NCBI GenBank assembly: GCA_963714275.1
Contig: CAVQNT010000006.1
Location: forward strand, 448,001-512,000
From: Candidatus Bathyarchaeota archaeon
GTDB lineage: Archaea; Thermoproteota; Bathyarchaeia; Bathyarchaeales; DTEX01
Direction of reading: 5' to 3'
DNA: 64,000 nt
Below are positions 45,621-56,959 of the stretch, one piece after another. The position numbers were made by a program, and so were the translations under genes. The notes beneath the pieces were generated by a model that worked only from the letters and a program-made list of their open reading frames with translations, was not told where the DNA came from and did not search any database. Positions within the stretch are counted from its first letter, which is position 1. The number at the start of each line of letters is the position of its first letter.

Positions 45621-46838
45621 TTGGCGAAGGTTCAGAAAAGAAGTCTTGTGTTCCGCTCATTCAGCGCTTTTTTATTACTGTTCTTTCTATCGGTTTTGGT
45701 CGTCGGGTCCTTTGTTCCCCCTATTGTCTACGAGCCAGCGGACGATGATTCAGCGAACAGATTCTTCACGATTGCCACCACCGTGACCTATGAGAACAGG
45801 AACAGCCGAGGAGATGTCTGGCATTTCGCCGACGAAGACAGGGAGTTAGGCTTGTTCATGAACAACAGTTGGCAGACTGTTTACTTGCTTAACGTTTCGT
45901 TTCCTATAGCAAGGTTCGAGGCTGATCATGACGGTAACCCTACGGCTTACATTGATTTTCCTGAATCAGAAATTGGTCCACGCGAGAACTTGACTTACGA
46001 GGTTTTTTACAGGATCGTCCTTAAGCCTCGGGTTTTGCCACAGATTATTGTGAATGGTTCAGGTAGTTTAGCGGACATACCTGAAGGTTTGAAGGCTTTA
46101 TATTGTTCTTCTTCGGGTTCTTGGCAGTCAGACATATCCCTGATTCGTGATTTGGCTTTCAGGATAGTGGGAAACGACACACAGGTTCTATCAATACTGT
46201 CCGATTATATTTTGTGGATCACGCAGAACATTGAATATGGAAGCCTCGATGTTCCCCGTTTCCCTAATGAGACGTTGTTGGGACGCACAGGCGATTGTGA
46301 CGACCAAGCTAACCTTTTGGTTGGGTTATGCTGCACGGTGGGAATCCCCGCTTATCTGCAGATTGGATGCATCTATTTACCGGGCAGAACCAGTACAAGC
46401 AATTATTGGGACGGTTTGTGGACAAACACGTTAACTGACATTGGTTGGCATGGCTGGGCGGTCGTGTACGTGCCTCCTTGGGGTTGGCTGCCGGTCGACC
46501 TGACTTATTCTAGGGGGAACAATTCAGATCCCCTGAGTCACATCACCTCATCGGCGATCATAACAGATCTGACTGTGCAGTACGCGAATGTGACAGTGAC
46601 TGATTATGTTTCGGACTCACGCCGTGTGAAGAACGTCGTAATTTCCGAGATGCGCAGGATCATTACAAGCGACGTCATGGTTGAGGAGGTTCAGGAAAAC
46701 GAAACGTTGGAGTTTTCTGTTGGGGCGCCTTCACGGTTTAACGTCTACTTCGTAGTTTTCGTGTACGCAACGTGCGTGGTTATGCCATTTTTTGTGTTTT
46801 CCAGGTATGTTCGGGTTCGCAAAAGGGCGAATGCTTAA
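45621..46838 (+). CDS. Membrane-anchored transglutaminase-like protein
   Basis: GDCDD, GIPA, HGWA and W...D triad motifs. N- and C-terminal TM segments. Confidence 0.85.
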   Translation: MAKVQKRSLVFRSFSAFLLLFFLSVLVVGSFVPPIVYEPADDDSANRFFTIATTVTYENRNSRGDVWHFADEDRELGLFMNNSWQTVYLLNVSFPIARFEADHDGNPTAYIDFPESEIGPRENLTYEVFYRIVLKPRVLPQIIVNGSGSLADIPEGLKALYCSSSGSWQSDISLIRDLAFRIVGNDTQVLSILSDYILWITQNIEYGSLDVPRFPNETLLGRTGDCDDQANLLVGLCCTVGIPAYLQIGCIYLPGRTSTSNYWDGLWTNTLTDIGWHGWAVVYVPPWGWLPVDLTYSRGNNSDPLSHITSSAIITDLTVQYANVTVTDYVSDSRRVKNVVISEMRRIITSDVMVEEVQENETLEFSVGAPSRFNVYFVVFVYATCVVMPFFVFSRYVRVRKRANA

Positions 46839-46900
46839 TAATGGAGTCTTCGTTCATTACGTTCCGAATCTAATGGCTGTTTCGGAGCGAGTGTCTCAAG

Positions 46901-47305
46901 ATGGCAAAGTTTAAAGTTATAGTCTCAGACCCTGAGGATGGAAAGTCCAGCGTGGTTGAACTTGAGGAAAGCCGAGCTGCGCCTTTTGTGGGCAGAAAAA
47001 TCGGTGAAACAGTTGATGGCACCGTGCTTGGGCTTTCGGGACACACGGTCATCATAACGGGCGGAAGCGACAAGTCTGGGTTTCCGATGAGACCTGACGT
47101 TCACGGCGGAATCAAGAAAAAAATACTGCTTGGCCGAGGAGTGGGATTTAAGCCTTCACAAAAAAGTATCAGACGCAGAAAGACGATACGTGGAAACATA
47201 ATTACGGACGACATAGCCCAGATTAACGTGAGGATTGCTGAGAAACCAGCAAAGAAGCCCAAGAAGACTGAGGAAAAGTCTGAGCCAGCAAAAGAACCAG
47301 CATAG
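46901..47305 (+). CDS. rps6e: Ribosomal protein S6e
   Basis: FKVIVSDP, ITGGSDKSGFPM, RRRKTIRGN. Confidence 0.96.
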   Translation: MAKFKVIVSDPEDGKSSVVELEESRAAPFVGRKIGETVDGTVLGLSGHTVIITGGSDKSGFPMRPDVHGGIKKKILLGRGVGFKPSQKSIRRRKTIRGNIITDDIAQINVRIAEKPAKKPKKTEEKSEPAKEPA

Positions 47306-47838
47306 ACCAAATCTAGCTGCGCGTGCTGTATGAGCATTATTCTCTATATTAAATGTGGAATGTTAGAGACTTTATATTAGCACTAATAAATTAAAATAGT
47401 CATCGTTTCCAGTCTGGTCTGATTTGTTTTGCTTTTAAGTTTTTGTTTTGTGTGACAAACCAGAGTTTATTAAAAAACAAACCGTTTAAAAATACATTTG
47501 TCCCGTGGTTTCAGAACATTTGCTCATTGATTTGAATTGGTTTCTGGGCTGCACGGATTTTCAAAAAATAATAGTTATAAAGTCTTTGGTTCTTGTTTTC
47601 AAGGTTTTTTTAGATGTATTATTAATATATTTTTTTGCTATTTAATTGACATTCAAACCTTTTTTATAGTCTGCATACTTTCCATGAAAAGAAGGAGTGA
47701 TGCCACAGATGAGTGTAAATCAAGTAAGTAGAATACCATCTATTCCTGAAAAAATCAAAGGCACATTTTCCTTCTTTAACAGTAATAATAAATGTATGTT
47801 TTCTAAAGACCGAATTTACATTTGAAAAACTCTGGAGC

Positions 47839-48804
47839 ATGGAGGAAAAAATGAAAAGAGTTATCGGCAAGATACCTTCGTTGATGCCACCTATCGAGAT
47901 AGTTCAGGTTAAGAAGGAAGATCCGCAAGCTAAGGCCTTCGCTGAGCTAGAAGCATTATTTTCTGCGGCAGCAAGCATCGATGCGATAAAAATTTTCTAT
48001 GCTGCAAAAGATGGCATAAAGAGCTCCACTCAAGCCATAATAAAGCTGGACTTAACTCAGAAGAAATATTACACCAATCTCAAAAGACTCATCGATACGG
48101 GCTTGGTAGAAAGGGATAATGGAGCATATAAGCACACAACACTAGGTAAAATAGGCTTCAAACTTACAGAAGAATTAATGATTGCCATTAATCAAAAAGA
48201 CCGCTTAGATTTGGTTGACAAGTTATCTAAGGCAAAGAACATAACATTCGAAGAAACTGAGGAAATCATGCGCGCAATCCTGAAAGATACAAATCTGATA
48301 TCAGGAGAAAGGATAACGAATCTTTTAGGACCAGTCAGAATGGCAGATACTTGGGATAAAGTCGTCAATGATGTTTTGGATTTAATAAATAATGCTGAAA
48401 AAGAGATCTATTTTGTCACGCAATATTTGGATATGAAAGTTGTTGAATCCCTACTTAAAGCTGCTCAAAGGAATGTTAAAATGAAATTCTTGGTTGGTGA
48501 AGAAAAAAATATCACTGACGCGGTTCATTTACTTCTAAGATCATTGTTAACTGATCCAAAGTCACTAATGTCTCTTTTCGGATCTGTAAAATCTCCTGAT
48601 CTCCGCTATACGGAATTACCTTATACTTTCATAGTGGTTGACGGAAAATATTCAATGGTTGAGGTTCCCAAGCCGCATACCAAATCTTTTTCACTTGCCT
48701 TCTTCTTCCACAACGAAAAGCTCTCAGAAAGGCTCAAGGAATCCTTTAAAGCCCTCTGGGAAAATGCTTCAGAAATATTGATTCTAGAAAAATTCCCAAA
48801 ATAG
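47839..48804 (+). CDS. wHTH plus PLD-like (TrmB-type) sensor-domain regulator
   Basis: LTQKKYYTNLKRLIDTGLVER helix-wing. The C-terminus NAEKEIY...AAQRNV...FIVVDG...F..LW lacks the HKD motif. Confidence 0.65.
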   Translation: MEEKMKRVIGKIPSLMPPIEIVQVKKEDPQAKAFAELEALFSAAASIDAIKIFYAAKDGIKSSTQAIIKLDLTQKKYYTNLKRLIDTGLVERDNGAYKHTTLGKIGFKLTEELMIAINQKDRLDLVDKLSKAKNITFEETEEIMRAILKDTNLISGERITNLLGPVRMADTWDKVVNDVLDLINNAEKEIYFVTQYLDMKVVESLLKAAQRNVKMKFLVGEEKNITDAVHLLLRSLLTDPKSLMSLFGSVKSPDLRYTELPYTFIVVDGKYSMVEVPKPHTKSFSLAFFFHNEKLSERLKESFKALWENASEILILEKFPK

Positions 48805-49183
48805 GTTTCTTATCTCTAATTATAATGTAAGGGGTAGAGATATTAGAATAAGAGCTATTTGTGAAGTCACAAATAGGCTAAACATTGACTTACATGCTTT
48901 CTCATATAGTTTTTCTTCAAAGCTGTTTAGTAGCGGAAAAAGAAACGCGGCGCAATGGTTAAGAGTATTTTTAAGTCTTCTCCAAGGCCTACATCCTACC
49001 ATGGTCGATCCTATTCTTCCTCTATTGACCTCCACTATTTCATGCATCAATACGGATTTTTCTCAGGACTAAAAAGTTGGTTGAGCATCTTCTGAGCCAA
49101 CATATTCTTACCAGACTAGTAGAAAGCATTCCCGAAATGAGCTATTATATTTTTTTCTCATACCTTAGAATCCGATAAATGAA

Positions 49184-51524
49184 TCATAAAACCCATATTC
49201 TAATTCCCAAATTACTGTTAAGCTTTCCCATTTGAGGCGGCAAAACCTCGTCCGCTTTTTTTGTTCTACAAGATATTTTTACCATGAAGGTGGTTCCCTC
49301 CCCAACAACACTTTCAACAGTTATGCTGCCATTTAAAGCCTCCACCAACCGCTTACACACAGCCAACCCAAGCCCTTGGCCCTTAGCCTTCGTGGTGAAC
49401 AAAGGCTGGAACATCTTATTTAAGTTCTCCTCAGGAATTCCCACACCCGTATCTTTAAACCTGAAAAACACCTCCTCAGATGTTCCAGAAACCTTTATCG
49501 ACAAACGACCACCATCAGGCATAGCCTGCACGGCGTTCAGAATCAAATTCGTGAAGACCCGCTTCAACAAATAAGAATCAGCCAAAAATACGGTAGCGTT
49601 TTCCTCAACATCAATAGAAACTTTGATTGTCTCAGGAACCTTTATCGCTAACAAGGTTTCATTAAGCAACCTCTTCGATTCAACCTCAACAAACTCAGGC
49701 TTCACCGGCCTAGCATAATCCTGCAAGTCTGAAACAATCTTATTCATGTATTCAACCTGCTCCTCAATAACATCAAGCGATTCCTCAAGTTCCCCCTTCG
49801 ATAAAGACCCCAGCTGCATCCTAGCAAGGTAAAGAACATTTACAATAGCCTGCAACGGATTACGAAGATCATGACCCACCATAGCAGCTGCCTCCCCAAT
49901 AGCAGCAAGCCTCTGAGACTTCAAGAGGTTTTCTTGTACCTCTTTCAGTTCTCTAGTTTTCTCATCAATCAACTCTTCCAAGTAATCTGAGTATAACTCA
50001 TAAATCTGGGTTTTAGGCACCTTTGTCGCTAATGTTCCTAGCAATCTCGGGTAAACCCCGAGAGAAATAGCAACATCTTTATTCAGTAATAGGACTAACC
50101 TCAGTTTATTCAGTATCTCATCAATTTCGTTCTTTGAATCTGTCTGTAGCCAGTCATAAACGGAACTTAAGAAATTGTTGATTGTCTCGATGACTAACTG
50201 CATTCGTTGGTCTGAATATATCCTTTGAATCTGCTCTTTGAATTCCTTGAGCGACACCTCACCATATCCAGTAATTTTTATCGCATTAATTAAACTAGTT
50301 CTGCCAGGAATTTCCATGTTTTGAATCATGCCTGCAATTGGCAACAATATTCTTTTATAGATTCTCAGGCAAGCATCAATTTCGTCCAAATCATCCAAAC
50401 TTTCGTCGCGATCAATACTTTCAAGAAATCTCCCTTGAGAGACACCGTATACAAGGTCAGTTTTTTTCAAGATATCCAGGTTATATTGTATTAAATCGTA
50501 CGACTTCCACCTAAGCCTATAATCCGCTGCATTGAGAACTCGTAAATAATAGTCAGTTACCTCGTCAGGGGTTTGATATTTCTCGAAATACGCCAAATTT
50601 TTATTAATCAAATTAATTATATCAAACTTCTCAGGCTCTGTAAACGTAACACCTCCTTTATTAAAGGAAACATAGCCATCAATCTTTGAGTTTATTAAGA
50701 AATCCTTGAACTCGTGGAATTCTTCACCAAGATAGCCTACTGGCAGTATATTGATAATAGACTTTTAAAAATGACGAATAGATTTCAGAGAAATCCACTA
50801 GTTTCTCAACTGATGTGGAAGGCATCTTTTCTTTTAAAGACAGTGCGTACCAAATTGTCAAAAATGCTAGGAACTGCATTATTCCTCCCATTTGGAAAAT
50901 CGGATCTAGGGAGCCTGTTGCTTGTAACGCGTTTACTACGGTCGTTCCAAGAATCTGGAAAGATATAAAACTTCCAAGAAGAATAGTGTACTTTCTTCTG
51001 AGTAATTGAGCCCGTGTATTTCTGATTAGAATAAGTAAAGCTAAAACGACCCCGAACAGATATGACACAAAGATGACGCCGACAAAAATCAAAATGGGTT
51101 GAAAGCTATTAACTTTATATACCCAACCAAGTTCGTTCTGAAAGAATTCATAACTCATTATATAACTGTCTTGAAATATTAAGATGCTTTGCACTATCGC
51201 AGGTAGTAAAATAATCAGAAGAAATCTGAAATCTCTTCTCTCACGAATATTAAAAACAGTGAAGAGGAAAATGGGATAGCACAGATGGCTACTTAATATC
51301 ATTATTCTAAAGAACGTCATGGCTGCCGATACATCAGGTGCTGTCCTATAAAGAAAGGTGGTGCATTCCCAAACTGTGACTATCAAACCGAATATCAACA
51401 AACACTTCGAAGCTAGAGTCCTAGGTCCCTTAACCAAAACGTATATCGAAACAAGAAGTGAGAGAGCTCCACCTATCAAATATTGGATTTCATTCATACT
51501 TAGTAACTCTTCCAATGTTTTCAT
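49184..51524 (-). CDS. Membrane sensor histidine kinase (7TM-type N-terminus, frameshift near 50725)
   Basis: About 7 TM helices in ORF 50724..51524. H-box VGHDLRNPL, N-box NAVQA, DTGVG, FTTK and GQGLGL in ORF 49184..50611. Confidence 0.85.
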
Positions 51525-51660
51525 GTAGTCAAGGCTTTATTGAAATTATGAACCCTTAGTAAATATCATAAAACTGTAAGCTAAAACTTAATAGCCTATG
51601 ATACTGTTAAATATCATCTAGCTAAGTGTAGATATTGCGTTAGCTAGTATCAGTGAATTC

Positions 51661-53295
51661 TTGATGAAGAACGTAAATCTCTGGGATAAATACTGCCGAT
51701 TTTATGAGAAGGACTTTACAGAACAATTAGAGTTTAACAGGAATCGACTGAAATCATACTTCTCAGCTTGGAAGAAGACCGACCTTGTAAAAGAACTTTG
51801 CCAAACTATCCCAGAACGGCACAAAGATGTTCCCATTACAACATATTCAAGCTACCCTATGTTAAGCGAATTCGGCAGAAAAATAACACAAACATCAGAA
51901 ACAAGCCCCAGAAAACAAGGCGAATTATTCAAAACATATTATGATCACGTCAGTCGCGAAATTGGTTCTTCACTTAACCATTTCATGGTTGAGCCTTACT
52001 ATATGTGCGCAAAAACCACAGGCACCACAGGTCAATATAAATGGATCGTTTATGGCGAAACTTTCTGGAAAAACTTTCAACAAGCGTCCATCGCAACTGC
52101 AGTAATTGCCTGTAGCGAAAGCTGGGGAGAAACCAGCCTCAATCATGGAGACAAATCTCTAAATCTAAATGCTGCCGTACCATTGATCTCAGGCTGGGGA
52201 GCTTGGGCGACCAAAGATATATTGAGTTTAGTCCCTCCCATCGAAATAGCGGATAATCTTCGAGACATGAAGGAAAAATTTAGTCTCATACTCAAGCTAA
52301 TACAGAAAGGCGAAAAAATATTAGTAGCAGGCGGGATTGGCTCAATCTTCTTTATGATATGCAAATATTTCCAGAAGCCCGAAGATTTCTACAGGGAGTA
52401 CTACAAATCAATGAACATGGACCTGAAAAAACTTCTCCTATATCTAAAAATCCTATCAATCAAACTAGGTCAAAAAAAGAAAATAAGAATAACCGAGGTC
52501 ATGCCACTCAAAGGAGTCCTTGTCGCAGGAGTAGAAGGACGACTTTATCTAGACTTTTTCAGAGAAGAGTTTAACCTAAGCCCACTTCACATTTATGGAT
52601 CAACAGAAGCCGGACCACTAATGAGAGGAGACCCAGATAGAAAAGAAGACCTAGTTCCCGAACTTAAAACCAGCTACTTGGAATTCCTAACAGAGGATGG
52701 AGAAATCAGAGAACTAGACGAAGTCAAAAAGGGAGAAGTATACGAACTGGTTGTAACCCCCTTTGGCTCGTTAATTTACCGCTACAACATGGAAGACCTT
52801 TTAAGAGTCATAGATTTCAGGGATGACGGTATGCCAATATTTACTTTTGAAAGCAGAAAGAAAACCATACTAGAGCTGTATAGCCGTTACAGAATAACTC
52901 CAAACATCATTGTACAAGCCCTTTCCAAGGCAGGCTTAAGAGCATCTGACAAATGGGCAGTTGCTAAGCCCTTAAAGCCTAAAGAACATCTTCATTTTCT
53001 AATGGAAAAGGAATGGCCGTACTCTGAAGTTGAAGCAGAGAAAATCATCTTTAATTACCTTCAAGAAACATATCGCACAATTCCGCATGGCGGAGATGTC
53101 CTCACTGACTATATAGCCCATTATAAAATTAAGAATCCTTCAGAAGTAGTTAAAGTGGAATATTTAAAACCCGGCGCTTTTACTAGATACTCAATGAAGA
53201 AAGCAAAAGAAGGGGCTCCAATGGGTCAATATAAACCGCCACAAATCATTACAGCTGACAAGATGGATGTTTTCGATACCTTAAGGAAAATATAG
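51661..53295 (+). CDS. GH3-family (ANL-like) acyl-adenylate/amido synthetase
   Basis: VPITTYSSY, P-loop KTTGTTGQYK, YGSTEAG, YELVVT, YRYNMED and the C-terminal GQYKPP. Confidence 0.82.
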   Translation: MMKNVNLWDKYCRFYEKDFTEQLEFNRNRLKSYFSAWKKTDLVKELCQTIPERHKDVPITTYSSYPMLSEFGRKITQTSETSPRKQGELFKTYYDHVSREIGSSLNHFMVEPYYMCAKTTGTTGQYKWIVYGETFWKNFQQASIATAVIACSESWGETSLNHGDKSLNLNAAVPLISGWGAWATKDILSLVPPIEIADNLRDMKEKFSLILKLIQKGEKILVAGGIGSIFFMICKYFQKPEDFYREYYKSMNMDLKKLLLYLKILSIKLGQKKKIRITEVMPLKGVLVAGVEGRLYLDFFREEFNLSPLHIYGSTEAGPLMRGDPDRKEDLVPELKTSYLEFLTEDGEIRELDEVKKGEVYELVVTPFGSLIYRYNMEDLLRVIDFRDDGMPIFTFESRKKTILELYSRYRITPNIIVQALSKAGLRASDKWAVAKPLKPKEHLHFLMEKEWPYSEVEAEKIIFNYLQETYRTIPHGGDVLTDYIAHYKIKNPSEVVKVEYLKPGAFTRYSMKKAKEGAPMGQYKPPQIITADKMDVFDTLRKI

Positions 53296-53304
53296 CCCGT
53301 GTCT

Positions 53305-53691
53305 CTAAAATTGGGACCACGAAAGACTGAGTATCTTGCCCGCTATTTCAAAAGACACCTTGTTGGCAGCAATACCTAGGCAGATTAAGACAGCAAAACC
53401 GTACAATGGAACGTAGATCAAATTTAGGCTCGAAGACCACATAATAAAGGCGAATGACTCAAGTAGAACCCTGAATAAATAGACCCCAGACAATATTAAA
53501 TACAGAACGTAGTTGTCCCTCGCCACTATAAGGATAGGCAATACTAAAAATATGGCAACCGAGACTAAATTCAATGCCCAGAAGCCGAGAGGGTCTGGAA
53601 AAACAGGCTCATTAACGCCTAATATACCCAAAACAGCAACAATGTTAGCGAAAGCAAGCAACACCAAATACGTTTTCATCTGTCGCCCCAA
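53305..53691 (-). CDS. Small 4-TM membrane protein
   Basis: Four hydrophobic helices. Last gene of an operon with the receiver gene. Confidence 0.7.
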   Translation of the reverse strand: MGRQMKTYLVLLAFANIVAVLGILGVNEPVFPDPLGFWALNLVSVAIFLVLPILIVARDNYVLYLILSGVYLFRVLLESFAFIMWSSSLNLIYVPLYGFAVLICLGIAANKVSFEIAGKILSLSWSQF

Positions 53692-53697
53692 TTGACA

Positions 53698-54006
53698 CTA
53701 GATTCCAACCTCCTTTCTTAAAAGCCGCAGGTAGTCTGCGAATGCGTAATCCTTTCTCCACTTCAGTTCCGCATTTAACCTGGAAAATAGATTTTCAAGA
53801 ATCAAGTCCTCAACAATTGTCGCTCCATTTCCTAGAATTTTGTGTAGAGAATCGGAAAAACACTGGACCCGAGTATCTAATTTCCCTTTATCATTTTCAC
53901 CTATAAACTGAAGAAGAGTCAAAGCTGTACGATTATCAAAAACATTTTCCAATACTTCCCTTATTGTCTTTACTAGAATATCATCGAAATTGATTGTTTT
54001 TTGCAT
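53698..54006 (-). CDS. Small helical protein (DUF3227-like, signalling-associated)
   Basis: FDDILVKTIREVL..VF...FSDSLHKILGNGATIVEDLILENL...F.DY. Confidence 0.55.
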   Translation of the reverse strand: MQKTINFDDILVKTIREVLENVFDNRTALTLLQFIGENDKGKLDTRVQCFSDSLHKILGNGATIVEDLILENLFSRLNAELKWRKDYAFADYLRLLRKEVGI

Positions 54007-54455
54007 TATGCTTCGCCGGTCTTCAGCTTCATCACACGGTTTTCTATCCAATTCCTTACTTTCTCTTCACTCATCTTCTCTACTTCTTCTTGTTCACCTA
54101 GTTTTTCTTTTACCTCCTTCAACAACATTTTCGGGTTAACGGGTTTCATTAGGTACGCGTCTGCGCCCAAGTTCAGAGATTGCACAGCATTATCGAGCTC
54201 TGGGTAACCCGTCACCATAATCTTCATCATTTTAGGCTCAGTCTGATGAATCTTTGAAAGCAGTTTCGTCCCATCCATGTCTGGAAGCTTAATATCCAGC
54301 AGAACAAGATTGTAGAAGTTAGCCTGAAATTTCTTTATGGCTTCTTGACCAGTCCCCGCTGTGTCAACACGATAACCCTCCATATTCAGTACACCCTCAA
54401 GACTCTTGAGGATAACTTGATCATCATCAACAATAAGAATGCTTTTTCCTTTCAT
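54006..54455 (-). CDS. Stand-alone response regulator receiver
   Basis: ILIVDDD, LLDIKLPDMDG, VTG, YLMKP. Confidence 0.92.
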   Translation of the reverse strand: MKGKSILIVDDDQVILKSLEGVLNMEGYRVDTAGTGQEAIKKFQANFYNLVLLDIKLPDMDGTKLLSKIHQTEPKMMKIMVTGYPELDNAVQSLNLGADAYLMKPVNPKMLLKEVKEKLGEQEEVEKMSEEKVRNWIENRVMKLKTGEA

Positions 54456-55047
54456 TTTACAGCTCACGTCTTGTAGGCTTTTAATCAAGACATGCAAATC
54501 TATTTTATATATGAATTATGAATCTAGGATACAGTTTTTAAAAGACAAAAAAAGCTGCTAGATCTGACCATAGAAGAACCTTTTGTAACTCCAACAATAA
54601 CGGATTTCGTAGGAATCAGTATACCAGCTTTCTCATTACCAAAAAAACTTAATATAATTTAGAATCTTATTTGCTCTAGAATTCTTTTTCTTAGATGGAG
54701 ATGCAAATGTTATTTTCATTTAGGTGTTGCTCTTCATTACATTCAAGACAGATGAATGTTGCGTCCAAGATTAAAAGAAAAACATACTGATTGAGAAGTG
54801 GTAATAGAGTCAACATGCCAATTCATGGATGATTCAATATTGGATGAAAAAAATAAAGGATATTCCCCTTCCCATAAAAGCAGAAACTGCTTATTTATCT
54901 TTATTAAACAAAATTAGGACAGTAACTTTTCATGGAACAATCGGAAAGGTTCTTGCTATACCTCTCTCAGACCATCCATCTATTTGGAGTGCTCCAATCC
55001 TTGATTTTTACTTCACTAGACATCATCGAATTGCTGTTTAGACATAA

Positions 55048-55386
55048 CTAGATAACCAGTCCTGAGTATAGTCCTAGGATTACGAGTATGTTGTTTATTG
55101 TACCTATGTATGATGCAATTGCAAGCCCATTGATACCAAGTGTCCAAGGCTTTTTTCTCGGTAATGTCAATGTGAGTATAGTTATAGCTGTCCAGAAGAT
55201 TAATAATGCAAAAACTGGGCTGTATTGCATTTGAGTTTCGTAAAGACCCGTATAAAAGTTCAGACCTATTGTCGTAGTTGTATAGTCAGATATGATGCCT
55301 CCTAGTGCCAGAAAGAAGGGCAGCATCCAAGATTTCAGTATCACGCTTGTTTTCACCAAAAGTCGTTTATAAATATGTATTTTCAA
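55048..55386 (-). CDS. Small membrane protein
   Basis: Three TM segments with a SDYTTT..GL...YE motif. Confidence 0.6.
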   Translation of the reverse strand: MKIHIYKRLLVKTSVILKSWMLPFFLALGGIISDYTTTTIGLNFYTGLYETQMQYSPVFALLIFWTAITILTLTLPRKKPWTLGINGLAIASYIGTINNILVILGLYSGLVI

Positions 55387-55769
55387 TATATATTTGTGAA
55401 ATATAAAATTAACTAACTTAAAAAAGGTGCGAAAGCATCTTAAGAAGGGAAAATCTATAACTCACATTAGCTACTTTTTTCTAAAATTTTACAATATTGC
55501 TCTCTTTATTATTCTTGAAGTCTTTTTGTAAAATTTTTTTATACCTCTTCTTCTACCTTTTATGCTCCCCCTTTACTCTCTCACACGTGTGTATAAAAAA
55601 TGTAAATATATTTTTTTAGGATACTATCTGAAGAGAAATATTTTGGAAGAAATAGAATTAATGAAGAACCAAATTCAGAGAACGAACTAAAAAATAAATT
55701 TAAGAGAAAATGAAATTGACGTCAAAAAGGCTTTAGACAATTACATGATTAAGCAAGACGAGATTTAGG

Positions 55770-55964
55770 ATGAAATTGAAGAATCAAATAGACAAGACTG
55801 AAAATATAGGCGAAAAGTTTTTTAAAGAAGACTTGAAAGGATTCGGTGAAATCGAGTCCGGTGTTGTTTATAAAGTAAGAACAGATTTACCAAAAATAAT
55901 AACACAAGAACTTTTCATTGTGTTCAAAGGATTTATGGAGTGTAAGGAAAGAATTAGGTGGTAA
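55770..55964 (+). CDS. Hypothetical protein or fragment
   Basis: Short AT-rich ORF, may extend upstream across a stop. Confidence 0.3.
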   Translation: MKLKNQIDKTENIGEKFFKEDLKGFGEIESGVVYKVRTDLPKIITQELFIVFKGFMECKERIRW

Positions 55965-56047
55965 TTGCACCTAAAACGAAAAGAGCAATAAAAAGATTGA
56001 TCGTTTCCATTTTAATCCATCTTAATCATATAAAGTAACTGGCTAAT

Positions 56048-56317
56048 TTAATCAATTCCGAATTCTTGTAGACTATAGAACTGCTGAAGGTATTCTATGC
56101 CTTTTTCAGTGGTTTTAATTAAACCGCCGTTGCCTTCAGAGTTTGCGATTAATCCTGCTTTTTTGAGTTTTTCAAGGTACTCGTCCAGCATTTTGAAGTT
56201 CATGTTCACTCCATATACTATTCTGGTTTTTTTGGCGCCTTTTCTCGCAATCTTCAGAATCTCAGCAACAATTTCTAGGTTACTTCTTCTTTGAGACATA
56301 GACATTTTCGTTAACAT
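56048..56317 (-). CDS. Small winged-helix transcription regulator
   Basis: RRSNLEIVAEIL...KTRIVYGVNMNF...YL..L...GLI...TTEKG..YL. Confidence 0.85.
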   Translation of the reverse strand: MLTKMSMSQRRSNLEIVAEILKIARKGAKKTRIVYGVNMNFKMLDEYLEKLKKAGLIANSEGNGGLIKTTEKGIEYLQQFYSLQEFGID

Positions 56318-56417
56318 CGTTTTTTACCTCGCTTTTGAATTATGGTTCAATGTTTCTGACTAACACAAGGTTGGACTTCCTAAACTGAACCTAATGTAAA
56401 TTCAGTCACTTGCGCAG

Positions 56418-56735
56418 TCATCGCATTAAATGGCTAGAAGACTCCTTTGCCTTTTCAAGGATGTCTTCAGACGGGTTTTTCAAGGGAGTAATAGGCTCTA
56501 GAGGAGTCTCTATCATAGTGTTTTGTATTGCTAAGGCTTGCCTCGACTCTTTAAGTCCTTCCTTTGCCCTTTCAAAAATATCTTCAGACGGTTTTATCAA
56601 GAGAGTAATAGGTTCTTGAGGAGTTTCTATCATAATGTTTTGTGTTGCCAAGGCTTGCTTAGATTCTTTAAGTCCTTTCAGATAGAGTCTTGCTCCAAGT
56701 TCTATTTCATCAATTTCTTCTCTTTTGTTGAACAT
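56418..56735 (-). CDS. Small protein made of two 39-aa tandem repeats
   Basis: Two 117-bp units at 56443-56559 and 56560-56676. SD GAGGT upstream. Confidence 0.7.
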   Translation of the reverse strand: MFNKREEIDEIELGARLYLKGLKESKQALATQNIMIETPQEPITLLIKPSEDIFERAKEGLKESRQALAIQNTMIETPLEPITPLKNPSEDILEKAKESSSHLMR

Positions 56736-56959
56736 TGTTTCTTACCTCGCTTTCTAATTATAGTTCTATGTTTACCAGTAACTGACTAAGCCTATTTTAA
56801 GGTTTTCTAACAAAAAAAGACAGTTTTTACCAATATTAAACAAAAGAAAACGTTTTTTACCACATAAAGAAAAACGATCATATTATTTCTGGTTTATGGA
56901 AAAAATAATTCAATTTGTCCAATTTTGGGAAAAAATTTTAAAATGATCAAAAATCTAAT

